Origin: the human T2T-CHM13v2.0 reference genome, Homo sapiens
NCBI RefSeq assembly: GCF_009914755.1
Contig: NC_060931.1
Length of the DNA: 64,000 nt
Reading direction: 5' to 3' (one strand)
In this document: in pieces, positions 26,958 through 41,431 of the stretch
Numbering within the stretch: position 1 is the first letter of the stretch
Layout of the letters: every line of letters starts with the position of its first letter
The notes under the pieces: generated by a model
Database searches by the model: none
What the model saw: only the letters and a program-made list of their open reading frames with translations
Told to the model about the DNA's origin: nothing
Program-made: the position numbers and the translations under genes

Positions 26958-27436
26958 CTAGTAGGTTCATTACTAATATGCAAATATTAGCTTTCATTTG
27001 GCTTTAAAATAAAATAAGCTTTATTTGGAAGGGTAGATTCATATGAAAACAAGACACATGTCCCAGATGAAACTTCGTGTTCATAACACTTAAGCCTTCA
27101 AAGTGTTCAGATTATGTAAAATTTGAGAGAAAAGAATAATCAGTTTCAATACGAGGTATTCCAGTATTCATGTGTTCAAAATAGAGAAGAGGAAAAGAAA
27201 TGGAGAAGGAATTTGAAATATTTTCCAAACAGATCATACACTTGACCTCTAGCTTAACTTAGCTATGATACTTGAAGTCATATTTACAAGGTCATAGTTT
27301 TAAAAGGAGATACATCTTGATCAAGATTACTCTATTTGTCTCTACACTGAAACCATCTTGCAAAAGCATTCAATAGTTAAATAAAAATATCTTTCTAATG
27401 AAAAACTAGTGAAAACCACAATGATATTTGCTTAAC

Positions 27437-27562
27437 CTCATAGGTGAATTTGTTGGTGGTCTAAGATGTCTGCCAACAAAAGCTCTTTTTGTGCTTTGAA
27501 TTGACCAAAGGCCAAATGCTAATGGAAATGAATACCTGATCTGCTTTGAAAGTGAATCCTGC
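27437..27562 (-). pseudogene. Putative exon (126 nt, phase 2-2, open)
   Basis: tctcttattcattgtag|G...AG|gttaag; QDSLSKQIRYSFPLAFGLWSIQSTKRAFVGRHLRPPTNSPM. Confidence 0.4.
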
Positions 27563-27699
27563 CTACAATGAATAAGAGATGGCTTGAAGGAAGATAAGGG
27601 GAAGCTGATCATACTTTTGTCCATTTATGGACTTTCTAAACTAAAATATTACATTATATCCTTTGAGAAAGAAGCTGAACCACCATTCCCGGGACAGAG

Positions 27700-30600
27700 T
27701 TTTTTTTTATAGCTTTATTGAAATGTAATCCACATATCATTCACCCATTTAAAGTGTGAAATTCAGTTTTTTTTAGTATATTCAAAGTTATGTGCAACCA
27801 TCATCACAGTAAATTTTAGAACATTTTCATCACTTCAGGAAGAAACCCTGTATCTTTTAGATATTGCTGCTGTATTCTCCAATCCCCCACCTCTCACCCT
27901 CAGTCCACTATTCTCCCAGCAACTAATGATCTACTTTCTGCCTCTGTAGATTTTCCTATTCTGAATATTTCATACAAATGGAATCATAGAATATGTAGTA
28001 TTTTGTGATTTCCTTCTTTCACTTAGCATGTTTTTAAGGTTACTCCATGTTCTAGTTTGCATCAGTACTCAATTCATTTTTATAAGTGAATAACATTTAT
28101 TTGTATGAATATACCATATTTTCTTTATCCATTCATCCCCTGATTGGCATTTTGATTGTTTTGACCTTTGGCTATTATGAATAATGTTGCTTTAAACATT
28201 AATGTACAGGCTTTCTGTAGACATAAGCTTTCAGTTTTCATGGACTCTGACCTAAGATTGGAATTGCTGAGTCAATGTTCTAAATCTATGTTTAGCCATT
28301 TGATAAACTTGAAAGAATGTTCTCTAAATTGGCAGCACTATTTTACAATGTGACCAACAGGGTATAAGGGTTATGATTTCTCCACATTCTTGGCAACACT
28401 TAGTGTTATCTGACATTTTTATTCTAATGGGTGGGCAGTGGTATTTCTTTAGGGTTTTGATTTGCATTTTCCTAATGACTAAGGATGTTGAGCACCTTTG
28501 CATGTGCTGATTAGTATCTCTTCTATACGTATATATACCATTTCTATGTGTTCTTTGGATAAATGTCTATTAAGGACATCTGCCATGCTTTAATTGGGCT
28601 ATTTATTTTTTGTTATTGAGTTGTATCATTACATATTATAGAAATAAGTCTCTATGAGATATATGATTCCAATTATTTTCTCTCACTTGTGTTGTCTTTT
28701 CACTTTCTTGATAGAGTCCTTTGAAATGCAAGTTTTAAATTTTGATGAAGTCCAATTTACATATTTTTTCTTTTGTTGTTCATGCTGTTGGCATCATATA
28801 TGAGAATCCATTGCTGAATCAAGTTTATGAAGATTTACCCTTGTTTTCGTCTAAAAGTTTTATAGTTTTAGATCTTACACTTACATCCTTGATTATTTTT
28901 TAGTTAATTTTTCTATACAGTCATGTGTCACTTAATGAGTGGACTACTTTCTGAGAAATGCATCATTAGGTGATTTTGTCATTATGAGAACATTATAGAG
29001 TGCACTTACACAAATATAGATGATATAGTCTACTACACGTCTAGGCTAAATGGGATAGTCTATTGCTCCCCGGCTACAAAACTGTACAGCATGTTTACTG
29101 TACTGAATACTGTAGACAACTAACTGTAACACAATTGTAGGTATCTCTGTATGTAAGCATGTCAAAACATAGAAGAGGTACAGTAAAATTAAGTTATTAT
29201 TATCTTATGGGACCACCATTATATATGCAGTCCATCATTGACTAAAGCATTGTTAATGTGGGGAACGACTGTATAGCACGAAATAAGAGTCCAACTGCAT
29301 TCTTTGTATGTAGATATCCAGTTGTCTCAGCATTTTTTGTTGAAGACTATTGTCTCCATTAAATGGTCTTGGCACTCTTATCTAAAATTAGTTGACCACA
29401 GATACATGCATTTATTTATGGACTCCCAATTCTATGCTATATATATATATATGTCTATCCTTATGTTACTACCACACTGTCTTGATTACTCATGGTTTGT
29501 ACTCCTTTTTCGAAATCAGAAAATGTGGATACTCCAACTTTGTTAATCTTTTTGAAATATTATTTTGGCCTGAATCTCTTGCAATTCCAAATGAATTTTA
29601 GAATCACCTTGTTGATTTCTGTAAAGAAGCCAGCTAGGATTCTGATAGTGATTGCATTGAATCTGTAGATCAAGTTGGTGAGCATTGCCATGTTAACAAT
29701 ATTAAGTCTCCCAATCCATGAACACAAGATGTTTATCTGTTTATTTACATCTTCTTTAATCTCTTTTGACAATGTTTTGCAATTTTCAAATGTTTTCTTT
29801 CTTTTAATTTTTTAAAATTTTTAAAAATTTCTTTCAATGATGTTTTGCAGTTTTGAATTTCATTTGCTAAATTTATTTTTAGCATTTTATTCTTTTCTGA
29901 GGCTATAATAAAATTTTTTTTTAATTTCATTTTTTGTTGTGTTGCAAGGGTCTAGAAATACAATTGATTCCTACCTATTGATCTTGTGACTTATAAGCAT
30001 GCCAAACTCATTGATTAGTTCTAATATTATTTTGGTGAATTCCTTAAGATCTCCTATATATAAGAACATGTTATGTGCAAATAGAAATAGTTTTAATTCT
30101 TCCTTTTCAATCTGATGCCTTTTATTTATTTTTTTGCCTTTTATTTATTTTTCTTGCCTAATTGCCCTAGCTGGAACTTCCAGCACAATGTTGAATAAAA
30201 GTGATGTAAATGGATATCCATGACTTATTTCTGAATAAAGCATCTAGTATTTCACCATTAAGTATGATATTAGTTGTGGGTTTTACATAGAAGCCCTTTA
30301 TCAGGTTGAGTACTCTCTATTTCTAGTTTGTTGAATGTTTTTTATTATAAAAATTGTTAAGTTTTGTTGAGTACTTTATCTGTGTGTACTGAGTTGATCA
30401 TGTGATTTTTGGTTTTTATTCTATTGCTATAGTGCATTACATTGATTGATTTCCAGGTGTTAAACCAACTCTCATTCCTGGGATAAATATCATTTGTTCA
30501 TGTTGTATAATTCATTTTATATGTTGTGAATTCAGTTTGTTAGTATTTTGCTAAGAATTTTTGCATCTATATTCATAAAAATATTGGTCTGTTATATTCT

Positions 30601-33600
30601 TTTCTTGTTATATCTTTATGTGATTTCAGTGTCATGATAATACTGGCCTCATAGAATTAGGGAGTATTTCTCCTCATTTTTTGGAAGGGTTTGTGAATAG
30701 TGGATATTAATTTTTTGTCTTACACATTTGGTAGAATTTGCCAGTGAAGCCATCTGGGTCTTTGCTTTTCTTTGTGGGTAGATTTTGATTACTACTCTGA
30801 ATTCTACACTTATCAATTCAGATTGAGTCCATTTCTTCTTGAGTCAGTTTCAGTAGTTTGTGTCTTTCTAAGAGTATGTTCATTTTATGTAAGTTATCTG
30901 ATGTAGTGGCATTAAATTTTTTATAGTATTGTTATAGTCTTTTCTTTTTTAAAGGCTGATAGTAATACTTTCTCTTTCATTTCTGATTCTACTAGTTTGA
31001 ATCTTCTCTTTTTCTTGGTCAATCTAGCTAAAGGTTTGTTAATTTCGTTGATCTTTTAAAAAAACTTGTTTTTGGCTTCACTGACTTTTTATATTTTTTT
31101 CACTTCCCTATTTCACTAATTTCTGCCTTAATCTTTGTTTTTTCCTTCCTTCTGCTTGCTTCAGGCTTAGTGTGCTCTTCTTTTTTTGTTTTGCAGTGTC
31201 TGAAGATTGAAGTATAGGCTATTTATTTAAGCTGTTTTTTTCTTAATGCTTACATTTAGTGCTTCAAATTTCTCTCTAAACACTGCATCCCCAAAATTTG
31301 GTATGTTACGTCTTCATTCATCTTAAGGTGCTTTCTAATTTCCTTTTTGATTTCTTCATTGATTCATTGGTTATTTTAGAGTATGTTTTTGAATTTTCAA
31401 TGTTAGTAAATTTCCCATATTTCTTTTGTTATTGATTTCTAATTTTATTCCATTGTTGCCAAACATGTTTTGTATTATTTTTCATCTTTGAGCTTTACTT
31501 TATGGGCTAGCATTCGGTCTATCCTGGAGAATGTTTGATGTACACTTGAAAAGAAAAGCATAGTCTACAGTTGTTGGCTGGAGTTTTATATAAATGTTAT
31601 ATAGATATTTATTATATTGGTGTTTGTACAGATGCTGATACACATACAGTGGTTCACAGAGTTCCAATGTTCTATTTCCTTGTTATTTCTACCTAATTAT
31701 TCTACCACTTTGAAAGTGGGATACAGAAGTCTCCAGTTATTACTGAATTGTCTATTTCTCCTTCCACTTCTGTCATTTTTTGCTTTATTTTGATTTTCTG
31801 TTGTTAGGGTATATATGTTTACAATTCTTATATCCTACTGAAGGATTGACGATCATTATTAAATGTCCTTCTTTATCTCTGGTATCATTCTTTGTTTTAA
31901 ACTCTATCAGTATAACCACTCCAACTTTCTTGTGATTGCTGTTTGCATGATCTGTCTTTCCCAGTCATTTACTTTCAATCTATTTTTTATCTTGTAATCT
32001 AAAGTGTGTCCCCTGAAGAGAGCATATAAATAGATCTTGTTTTTCCTCCCGATTCTGACAATCTCTGCCTTTGATTAGGTTATTTAATCCATTCACACTT
32101 ACTACCATTGTTGATATGGCTGGATTCATGTCTGCCATCTTAATTTTTGTTTTCTATAAGTCTGATGTCTTTGTTGTAAATCTATTGCTTTCTTTTGCAT
32201 TTAGTATTTTCAAATGCAGAATTTATCTTACTTTAATGATCTTTTTACTATCTCTTCTTAAGCAACCTTAGTGGTGGCTCTAGGGCTTACCATCTACATC
32301 TTATCAGAATCAGCTTCATATTTATACTAACATAATTCCAGTGAGATATAGAACTGCTACTCCTACATAATGCAACTTCCTTTCTGAATTTTTATATTTT
32401 TATACCTATTACATCTATAAATGTTACAAACACGTTACTTTCCTACATTATTACATTATATAATTTTGTATCTTTTACTGAAGCTCAAAGAATAATATAT
32501 ATAAAAAAGGGCAATGAATATGTATTTATACTATCTTTTATAATTCAATAACTATATCAGTGCCTTTTGTATTATAATGTGGATTCAAGTTATTATAATA
32601 TCTGGGGTCAGTTGCTTTCAACCTGCACACTTGCCTTTATTACTCAACGTGAGTGAGTTAGCAACAAATTTTCTCAGTTTTGGTTTATTTGGGATTATGT
32701 TTATTTTGCTTTCATTTATGAGAGACTTTTGATCAATACAGAATTCATGGTTGATTTTTTTTTCTTTCAGCCCTTTAAATACAGCATCTCATTGCATACT
32801 GACCTCCATTGTTTTAGGTGGGAAGCCATCTGTTAGTTTTCTTTAAATTCACTTGGAATTTATGGAGTGGGGGTTACTTCTTGCTGTTTCTAAATTTTTT
32901 TCCAGGTCTTTTTCCAGGTCCTTTTTTCCAGGACATTTTTTTCCAATGTCTCCAACATTTTTACTATGTGTGTATGTGTGGATTTCTTCACGTTTATCCT
33001 ATTTGGAGTTTGTTAGCCTTACTAGATATGTATATTAATATTTTTCAATAAAGCTGGGTAGTTTTTAGCCTTTTTAAAAAATATTTCTCCTGCTTCCTCC
33101 TATCTTTATTTCCCTTCTAGGACTCCATCTTGCAATATGTTAATATTTCTCTGAGTAGCATTTTTCTTCATTGTTAAAAATTGTTTGGATTATATAATCT
33201 TTACTGATCAATTTTCAAGTCATTAATTCTTTCTTTGCCACTTCAATCCAGGGAAATTTTCACTTCAGTTATTTTTCAACCCTTGAATTTAAATGTTTCC
33301 TTTGAAATAGTTTCTATTTTTATGTATAATGTATTGATAGCATTTATTTGCTGTGTTATTGTTATCATTCTCTTCTTTACTTTAATCATGATTTCTTACT
33401 TCTGTGTACTTATAATGGCTAATTTGAAGGCTTTGTCTGTTTAACTCAATATCTGCTTGCAATCACAGGTAGTTTCTGTTGCCTGTTTTTTCTCCCTTGT
33501 GTATGGGTCAGATTTTCCTTTCTCTTCAGGTACCATACTTTTGTATTAGAAACTTGACACTTTAGGTAAAGCATTTTAGCTATTCTGGGTACTCACATTG

Positions 33601-34270
33601 GGACTTGTTTGCTTGTTTGTTTTGTGACTGTCTGGCTTATCTTTGTGAATTCTAGTCCACCACCACCACCAAATGCCCCATTTTTCCCTCTTGTGGTGTG
33701 AAGTTTCTAATAATGCTCCTAAGGGAATACAACCTTGGCTATATGCCCTGCAATGATAGTGACTTTTTCAGGACACTCTTTGACTATCTCTTTCTTTGAC
33801 CATATTCAATTTCACTAATTACCAGCCTCTTATGCTCTTGTTTTTAACAATGCCCTGGTGCATAGATTGCTTGACCAACAGATCCAATCAAATTCAGGAT
33901 TATTTGAAGAGATAGTTCCTGAGGTCGGTGTTTGAGATATGTTTTGAAGTTAGGAGGACACTTCCTAGTTGCCTCTATTCGTGGTTCACTCCAGCAAAGT
34001 AGCCAGCCTACAGTGCAGCCTGCATTTCCAAAGAATCCACCAATCTCCCCCCAATTGCCTTTCATCATTACCTTCACTGTTTTTGAAAGCACCCTTAGGT
34101 TTGAACTTATTCACACTCTATGACAAATTAAGTCAGTTCCTGTGGGAAGAGATATGGAGCTTTCTGTTTTGCAGTCTGTTTCTTCCCTTCGCAAAACCTC
34201 TGACAGCCTTCAAACTGGCATGGGGACAATAGTACAGTCTTTCTGCCTGACACTCTAACTTTAGTTGCTG
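27700..34270 (-). mobile_element. Old LINE-1 (L1MB/L1M4-like), 3'UTR through ORF2 and upstream
   Basis: 3' end agctttattgaaatgtaat...cacccatttaaagtgtg; ORF2 peptide [25 protein letters not shown]. The 5' boundary is approximate. Confidence 0.88.
28918..29271 (+). mobile_element. Tigger3a (TcMar-Tigger) inserted in L1
   Basis: cagtcatgtgtcacttaatg...gactg flanked by a TA duplication; ttctgagaaatgcatcattaggtgattttgtcatt. Confidence 0.88.
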
Positions 34271-35883
34271 AGTATGGGAGACTCAAGAGTTTTAATAGAT
34301 TTTCTTGACTACATATTTATTTATTTATTCATTACATGATCCATGTGTGCCTTTTTAAGGAACATTTCCAGAGATTTGTTGCCCCTAAGACCATAAGACC
34401 ATGTAGAGAGACTTAAACACTTTCTTAAAGCGGTTTTTATCAGTTTCACCAAGGAGTGGGTCCACAGAGCTCCTTATGTTGAAAGAGAAACTTTTACTTT
34501 TTAAAAAATCTAGCTACTTGTATTAATGAAATGTTTGTCCTTTTTTTATAGCTTGAATGTGGCTAAGGCCACATAAGCAAATAATTCTTATATATAGATA
34601 TTAACAAGAGTGATCGGAATATTGTGATGGGTTATTTTGATCAGGTTAATGATATAGACAATCACAGGATATATTTTTAAAAAGTGATAGAGATTTAAAA
34701 AAAATAACAATTAGTGGATTAATTAAGAGTATCATTTTCTACTTTGTCTACCACACAAAGGCCTAAATTTAGTCTTTAAATATAGTCAGTCAAATTTATG
34801 ATAATAAAATGTGCTATTATTATATAAAGGGAATTATTTATTTACTACTTAAAAATTTAGACCATTTAATTTTATAATTAATTTCTCTAAAATGAATTTA
34901 AAAATATTACTGTCCTCTATGCTTGGTAGAATTTCTATTTATTTTTGCCTCCCCATAAGTCACCAATCTCCTAGTTTCCAAACTAGTTAGTAAGTTTCCA
35001 TTTGAAATATCTGAAGGTCAAATTATTATTTAGCTATAGATATCCAAGGATTGAGAAAATGTCCAATCACATAATAAATAACCTGTCAGAATCCCAAGAA
35101 GGTATAATAGAAATGAAATAAGTAAAAATAAATCCACACACAGAGACAGAAGCCTATCAGAAATTATTATAAATGGTTGAATTTCAGGGAAAAATGCTAT
35201 TACAAACATATAATCCCTAGTTACTCATTTTTTTTCTTGATTCTTAGATTTAAAGCCAGATTCCTTCATTATTTCTGACCTGATATGAAACACCATCTGG
35301 CATGTGCGTGCTAAGAGGATTATATGTAAGCAAAATAGATATGTTTTTTCTCCTTCTGACTCTAAGACTTTTTAAAGGCGTGTAGATTATTTAGGTTTGA
35401 AATGTGAAAATTAAACTGGTAAAGAGAAAAGACAGTTTCTAGTAATATATTCTTTAAAATTAAAGCAATTATACATTGCTTTAACAATGAAGTATTTTAA
35501 TTGGCATTCTGCAATATCTCTTTTAAATTTTAACATCATGACTATTTTCCTTGAGGATTATAAATTAAGATTCCCTAGAGGAAATGATAAAGATTTTCAT
35601 AATTATCTTATGATTCATACACATATCAAACTGTATCTCATAGCTCACTAAATCTATGTTGGCCAAATTTTTCAGATAATTATCAAATATTTATCAATAT
35701 CCAGTTTCATTTAACTTATAATACATGAAATGAATCAATTATATAACACATATAAGATTGCAATTCATGTTTGTGGTTACTTTTCAAAATGAAGAATTTC
35801 TGCTGTTTTTAACATTTACTTTAAATTACATAATTTTAAAGCTAGTAGTTTACAAGTCATGTGGTTAAAAAAGAATCTCATTT

Positions 35884-36004
35884 ATCTATTTAATGGGGGT
35901 CTCACTGTGTTGCCCAGGCTGCACTCAAACTTCTGGGCTCAAGCGATCTTCTCACCTCCACCTTCTAAGTAACTGGGACTACAGGTGCCCGCACCGCACC
36001 AGGC
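35884..36004 (-). mobile_element. FLAM (free left Alu monomer)
   Basis: ggtctcactgtgttgcccaggctg...ctgggactacagg; 13-bp TSD aagaatctcattt at 35871-35883 and 36005-36017. Confidence 0.9.
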
Positions 36005-37849
36005 AAGAATCTCATTTTTTTGTCTGTTTGTTTTAAGAGAAAGCTGCCATCCAGAAAGGATATGTGACTTATCTCAAGGCCCACAGCTATTTGATGAGAA
36101 GTCCAGGGTTAGAATACAGGTGGTCCAAGCCTTGGTTCATTCTACCTTGGACACTACTGTGTTTCCTTCACAATCCTGATGAACTTTTGTTCAAAAAATT
36201 TCACTTTGGAGGGTCTGAGAATATATATAGTTGCCCAAACTTCATGCACACCACACTGTAAATTGAACTAGATTCACACTTTGGAAAGTAATCTTTTCCT
36301 ACATTCTTACTCAAATGACTATAGTGGCTAATGTTTGAATTGCAAAACATTTCCTAAATATGCAAACTACCAGATAAATCTATGAGAAACAGCCAAACAA
36401 ACTAGCCAATGCAAATGAAAAGAATAGATCATAATGAAAGTATCCAAAAAGGATCTGCTAAAGTCAATCTACCAGGCATACAAGTGATCTAAATTTCTAT
36501 TTTATATATGGTATAACTAAAACTTATATGGCTTTATCTTGACAAAATTACACAGAAAATAGAAGAAGGAAGGAGGGAGGCAGAAAGGAGAAGGAGGCAG
36601 CAATCTTGTTTATTAGCCTAGTCCTTTGTGCTGGAGTATATTAAAAATGCAAATACTAAAAGCATGGAACAAGGGCACATAATGGCATATATATTTCACA
36701 CATACCTATGTGATAACATTTACCCATAATTTCATTAAAACAAAAAGCAGCAGGCAAAATGAGAGGGCACTTAAGATGTGGAATTTTATTAAAATTTTAT
36801 CTATTCTCTTTTATCTCTTGCATATAAGATCATATCTATGTTCAGAATTCTGAATGACTATGTATGCCACAAGAAAATATAAAATAAAATAGTTTAGCAA
36901 GATTTTTGTTATTGTTGTCAGCTGTGTCTGACAAGAATATCAATTAAGATGGCATTTGTTAAGCCCTTGTCTATGCTGAACTAGCTACAGTATAGAGTAG
37001 TTTAACCCATCTTATCCTATAGGCTCAGAGAACTCAATTCCAGAATCATGGAGAATTTCTGGCTTTGACGATGAGGGTTATTATATCATCAGCTTCTGTG
37101 TCTCACTAATTCCAGTGATGACAAGATTTTTCATCATTTATTTTTATTTTATTTTTACAACTGGTGCGTGTTAGGTTTGTAGAACACAGGGTAGAAACAG
37201 CTGGAGTTAGTGTTATTATTTTTCACTTTGAAGGAAATAAGAGGCTGACAACAGTGAAGGACAAAGACAAAGTTGTTGCTGGACATGCTCTGGCACATAG
37301 GCCACCTCCCACTGCAACCAGTTCTAAATTAATTATTTATTGTTATTTTAGTTGCTGTAACTTTCTGAAGTGTCCTATCTATTGTGAATGGGAGTTTCAA
37401 CTCATTATTGTTTTGTAAAACCTAAGACTCTAACTTGAAGAGACACTAAATTTAATATGAGTAATCTGAAAACAATTTTAGAGCTGTTTATAGTACACAC
37501 ACACTCGCACCCGCACACACACTCACACACACAGTACAGCGCTACACTGGCTGCTTCATAATGCCACTCAGACAGGACTACCCACAAAGCACACTGGCTT
37601 TGCCCAAAACTAATGGATGTGAGCAAAAGTGAAGCTGGTAGATGATTTTGAATTTTGTAGCGATCAGTAAAATCAATCATGAGAGAAATTAACACTAAGA
37701 TTTTCAGGGCCAAATAAATACTCAACCTCTACCATTGCTCTGGACATATTAAAACACTTTCAAAAAATGTATTCTTTTCTGTCTCAAAACTCATTAGTTC
37801 TGTCATCACCAAAGAAGAGTAAAGCTTCAACTACCTAGCATCAGTTTTT

Positions 37850-37853
<4 letters not shown>

Positions 37854-37880
<27 letters not shown>
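37854..37880. repeat. (TG)n microsatellite
   Basis: Direct read. Confidence 0.95.
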
Positions 37881-38205
37881 TCAAAAATAATTTGCTGTGA
37901 ATGGTGATAATGAATTAAGAATAGCATTTAGAAGTACTCACAGTAAATTTGAACATATAAATTTCATTAAGAAAATGAGCAGGCTGTGCTGAAATTATAC
38001 ACAAAACCAATGTATATGTATGAGAAAATCTATTCTACAAAAGAAGGGCAGAACAAATTTTGCATTAGCCCAAATTAATTTACTTATATATAAAATCCAG
38101 CAGATCTGATTATTTCTTTGTTAGAGAAGTTTTCCAATTTTAAACATTCTATATTGTGTTTATAATATGTGGTCAGTATTACTCATACATACATACACTC
38201 ATATA

Positions 38206-38510
38206 CAGTAATGCATTGCTCAACAACAGGGATACATTCTGATAAGTGTGTTGTGAGATGATTTTGTCATTGTGAGAGCATCAAAGAGTGTACTTACACA
38301 AATATAGATGGTATAGTTTACTACAAACCTGTATAGCATGTTACTTTACTGAATACTGTAGGCAATGGTAACTTAATGGTAATTATTTGTGTATCTAAAC
38401 ATAACTAAACATAGAAAAAGTACAGTAAGAATACGGTATTATAATCATATGGGTCTAGAGTTGTATATGCAGTTGTCATTGACTGAAATGTCATTATGCA
38501 CTGCATACGT
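38206..38510 (+). mobile_element. Tigger3a with an internal deletion
   Basis: Homologous to 28918-29271 (acttacacaaatatagatg, actgaatactgtagg); lacks about 40 bp between ctaca repeats. Confidence 0.85.
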
Positions 38511-39070
38511 GAATAGATATGGATATATATGAACACGTGTATCTATATTTATGTCTGTAGCATTATTTATTTGTTTCTATGAAATTTATACCACTATAGA
38601 AATGCCAGAAAATTAAGCTATCTGGGGAGAAAATTACTGGGGTTAATCTTTAGGGATATTGTTTTTTCAACAATTACAAAATACACTTATGATCAATGAC
38701 CATCCTTCATTCCCAAGAAATCTGTCTCTAAGCATAAAGTTGTTAAATAAAATATTTTGTTAAGTGTAACAGGATAAATTATGATATATTCCGTCCATGC
38801 CAAGATAACCAAATAGTTTTAACTGATAGAAAAACATGTAAAAATAAATATTAGACAAATTTTATATGTATTAATAACAATAATGCAAAAGTCAATGTAG
38901 TTTGTACATAAATGCAATGTAATGAAATTTTCCTATCTTTGCCAAAAGGTAAAACTGCTTTATAGTGAAAGATTTGTGGTGGAGGAGGTGCGAAAAAGAG
39001 TTGGTCTTTGGAAAAGTCTTGTTGCATCCTTTTTTTCTACTGTTGTTACTTCCTATGGGCTCATACTTAC

Positions 39071-39240
39071 CTTGTACTAAACCTGAACTTAACATTTTTA
39101 GGGCAAAACAAATATTTAACAAAAGAGTGCCTCAAAACAACAAAAGTAGAGTTCATGTGCAATAAACTGAAGTACTTTGTCTTCATTCTTTTACTTGGCA
39201 AATACACACAATTCAAATTTATTCCATATGATTTCTCTTT
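39071..39240 (-). pseudogene. Putative exon (170 nt, phase 0-2, open)
   Basis: cacattttctag|...AAG|gtaagt; KEKSYGINLNCVYLPSKRMKTKYFSLLHMNSTFVVLRHSFVKYLFCPKNVKFRFST. Confidence 0.5.
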
Positions 39241-39381
39241 CTAGAAAATGTGACTTCACATAAATTGATGAATGCTTTTTTTGCCTGAAACCATGATGTC
39301 AAAATAATACTTAGCATGGCCTAGTCACTTAGTGTATTTTTGGGGTAAATGCCATTATACTGAAGGAAAAATTTCTCTTAC

Positions 39382-39456
39382 CTGAAAAATGGTGTATGTT
39401 TTCAAAAGCTGTTATGGTAAAATTTCATTAATTAAAGAGTTATTATGTGAGGTAAA
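39382..39456 (-). pseudogene. Putative exon (75 nt, phase 0-0, one stop)
   Basis: tttttgactttacag|...CAG|gtaaga; FTSHNNSLINEILP*QLLKTYTIFQ; 141-nt intron to the next exon. Confidence 0.5.
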
Positions 39457-40044
39457 CTGTAAAGTCAAAAATACTCCACAAATTAAAAAACAGGAGTAGA
39501 AATCAATGCCATCAAATAAGATAGAGCAATAACTAAACTCTTTCAAGTGAAAAACGCATATAATAAGAGAATTATTGTAACATTGCCACATTTTATTATG
39601 ACTCTATAGATTCAAACATACTTTAAAACCTTAGTTTAAACTTTAGAATAAGCTTCTGAGATCAACCGATCTTTCTTACTAGTCTTATCTCTTTTCATTC
39701 TCCTTGTTTACTTTGCTCATTTCACTTTCTATAAAGAACCATTCTCTATTCAGAGTAATCTTTATACACATTACTACCTCTGTCTGGAAAGCTACCCTCT
39801 CCATATTTACTACTAAGTCAAAGTACCTCAGGGAAGTCTTTCTTCCTCTCCTACCGGATGAGATGTGTTCTTAACATGTAAGACTATTATAAATATTTTC
39901 ACAACAATTAAATAATTACTATGTTATAATTTGTGTCTTGACTACTATTATGCTGTGATCTTCCAGGAGGACAAGGGCTAAGTCCCTAAGTCTCTGTTGT
40001 TCATTGTTGGCTGACGAATTGTATTAAGCAAGGTTAAAAATTCT

Positions 40045-40055
40045 TTCTTCTTTCC

Positions 40056-40110
<55 letters not shown>

Positions 40111-40377
40111 TTTTTCTTTCTTTTTCTTTCTTTCTCTTGGTAAGGTCTCACTGTGTTGCTCAGACTGGAGTAAAATCATAGCTCACTACAGCCTTGAACT
40201 TCTGGGCTTAAGCAATCTTCTCACCTGTGCCCCTAGAGTAGCTGGGACTATAGGCCTGCATCACCACCATGCTCAGCCAATTTTTAAAATCTTTTGTAGA
40301 GACCAGGTCTTACTATGTTGCCCAGGCTGGTCTGGAACTTGTGGCCTCAAGCCATCCACCTGCCTTGGCCTCCCCCA
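40045..40377 (-). mobile_element. AluJ with an expanded (TTTC)n tail
   Basis: atcatagctcactacagccttgaacttctgggcttaagcaat (AluJ diagnostic); (tttc)n at ~40045-40135. Confidence 0.9.
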
Positions 40378-41396
40378 AAATATGCTTTTTAATGACTGTC
40401 CAGTTCACGTTATATTTTCTGATAACATTCTACAAAAAACTATTTAATAAAAATAATTTATTAGCATTTGAAAGAGATATATCAGAAAATCATGAAAAGA
40501 TTTCTGCAGGAAAATAATTTCCATATTATAAAATTATGCATATTTTATGTGTGTATATGTTTATTATTATGCATATGTATGAGTGTAATTGCACATATGT
40601 GTGTGTGAATGTGTGTGTGTACATATATTTATATATAGTCTTTTGGTATGAAATGGATGGTAATTTTCTGCTATACAGAAAAAAAAATAAAACTCATACT
40701 GTGTTCTATTCCCTAATAGTGTCTGAAGGTTCACTTTAATGTGATTCTGATTAAAGATGGTCATCTTTATTGATTTTCGAGGAAAAGTAAGTTGAATTGA
40801 TGTGAAGTTTTGACATTTCTAAGGAAAAAATACCTTGTGATTGAAGTATGTCAGTAACAGTATTCAAATATCCCAAAGTAATCAAGTCTTCTATGTAATG
40901 TTTAACTTAGCTAAAGCCTCATTCGGTGGGTTTGAGAGAAGTTGATGTGTTTATTGGATTTTCCTCTTAGTCTTTCTGAGAATTCTTAGGAATGCTTTCA
41001 AGACCCAAAGATGGTTGGCCCATCCCGGTTTGCTAAGGACCACTTCCGGTTGCTTTTATCCTCTCATATCCTTTTGCCTCCCTCTTTTCCTCTCCTATAT
41101 GGGATAAAATGAAGTGAAGATCTAAGAGTAATATAAGAGGATTAAATGAAGAATTGTAAAAGGCTAAAGGAGATTAGACATTCACGCTCCCTAGAATCCA
41201 TCTGTCTTATCTTCTCAGAGACCCCTACATACTGGCCCATTTTGTACTCAATCCTTCAATATTTTGGTGTTTTAGAATCCATATGTCTTTTTAGGCAAAA
41301 GGCTGCCCTGCTCGAAATTCCTTGCCCACAAAATCTAGAGTAAGTTAGTGAAAAAAAAAAAAAAGAATTTAATCTCTTCAGGGGTTAAAGGTTGGC

Positions 41397-41431
41397 TTAT
41401 TATTATTATTATTACTATTATTATTATTATT
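41397..41431. repeat. (ATT)n microsatellite
   Basis: Direct read. Confidence 0.9.

Noticed and set aside
37405-37725. 106-aa minus-strand ORF as an extra exon
   Set aside because: Runs through a (CA)-like microsatellite and lacks convincing splice boundaries.
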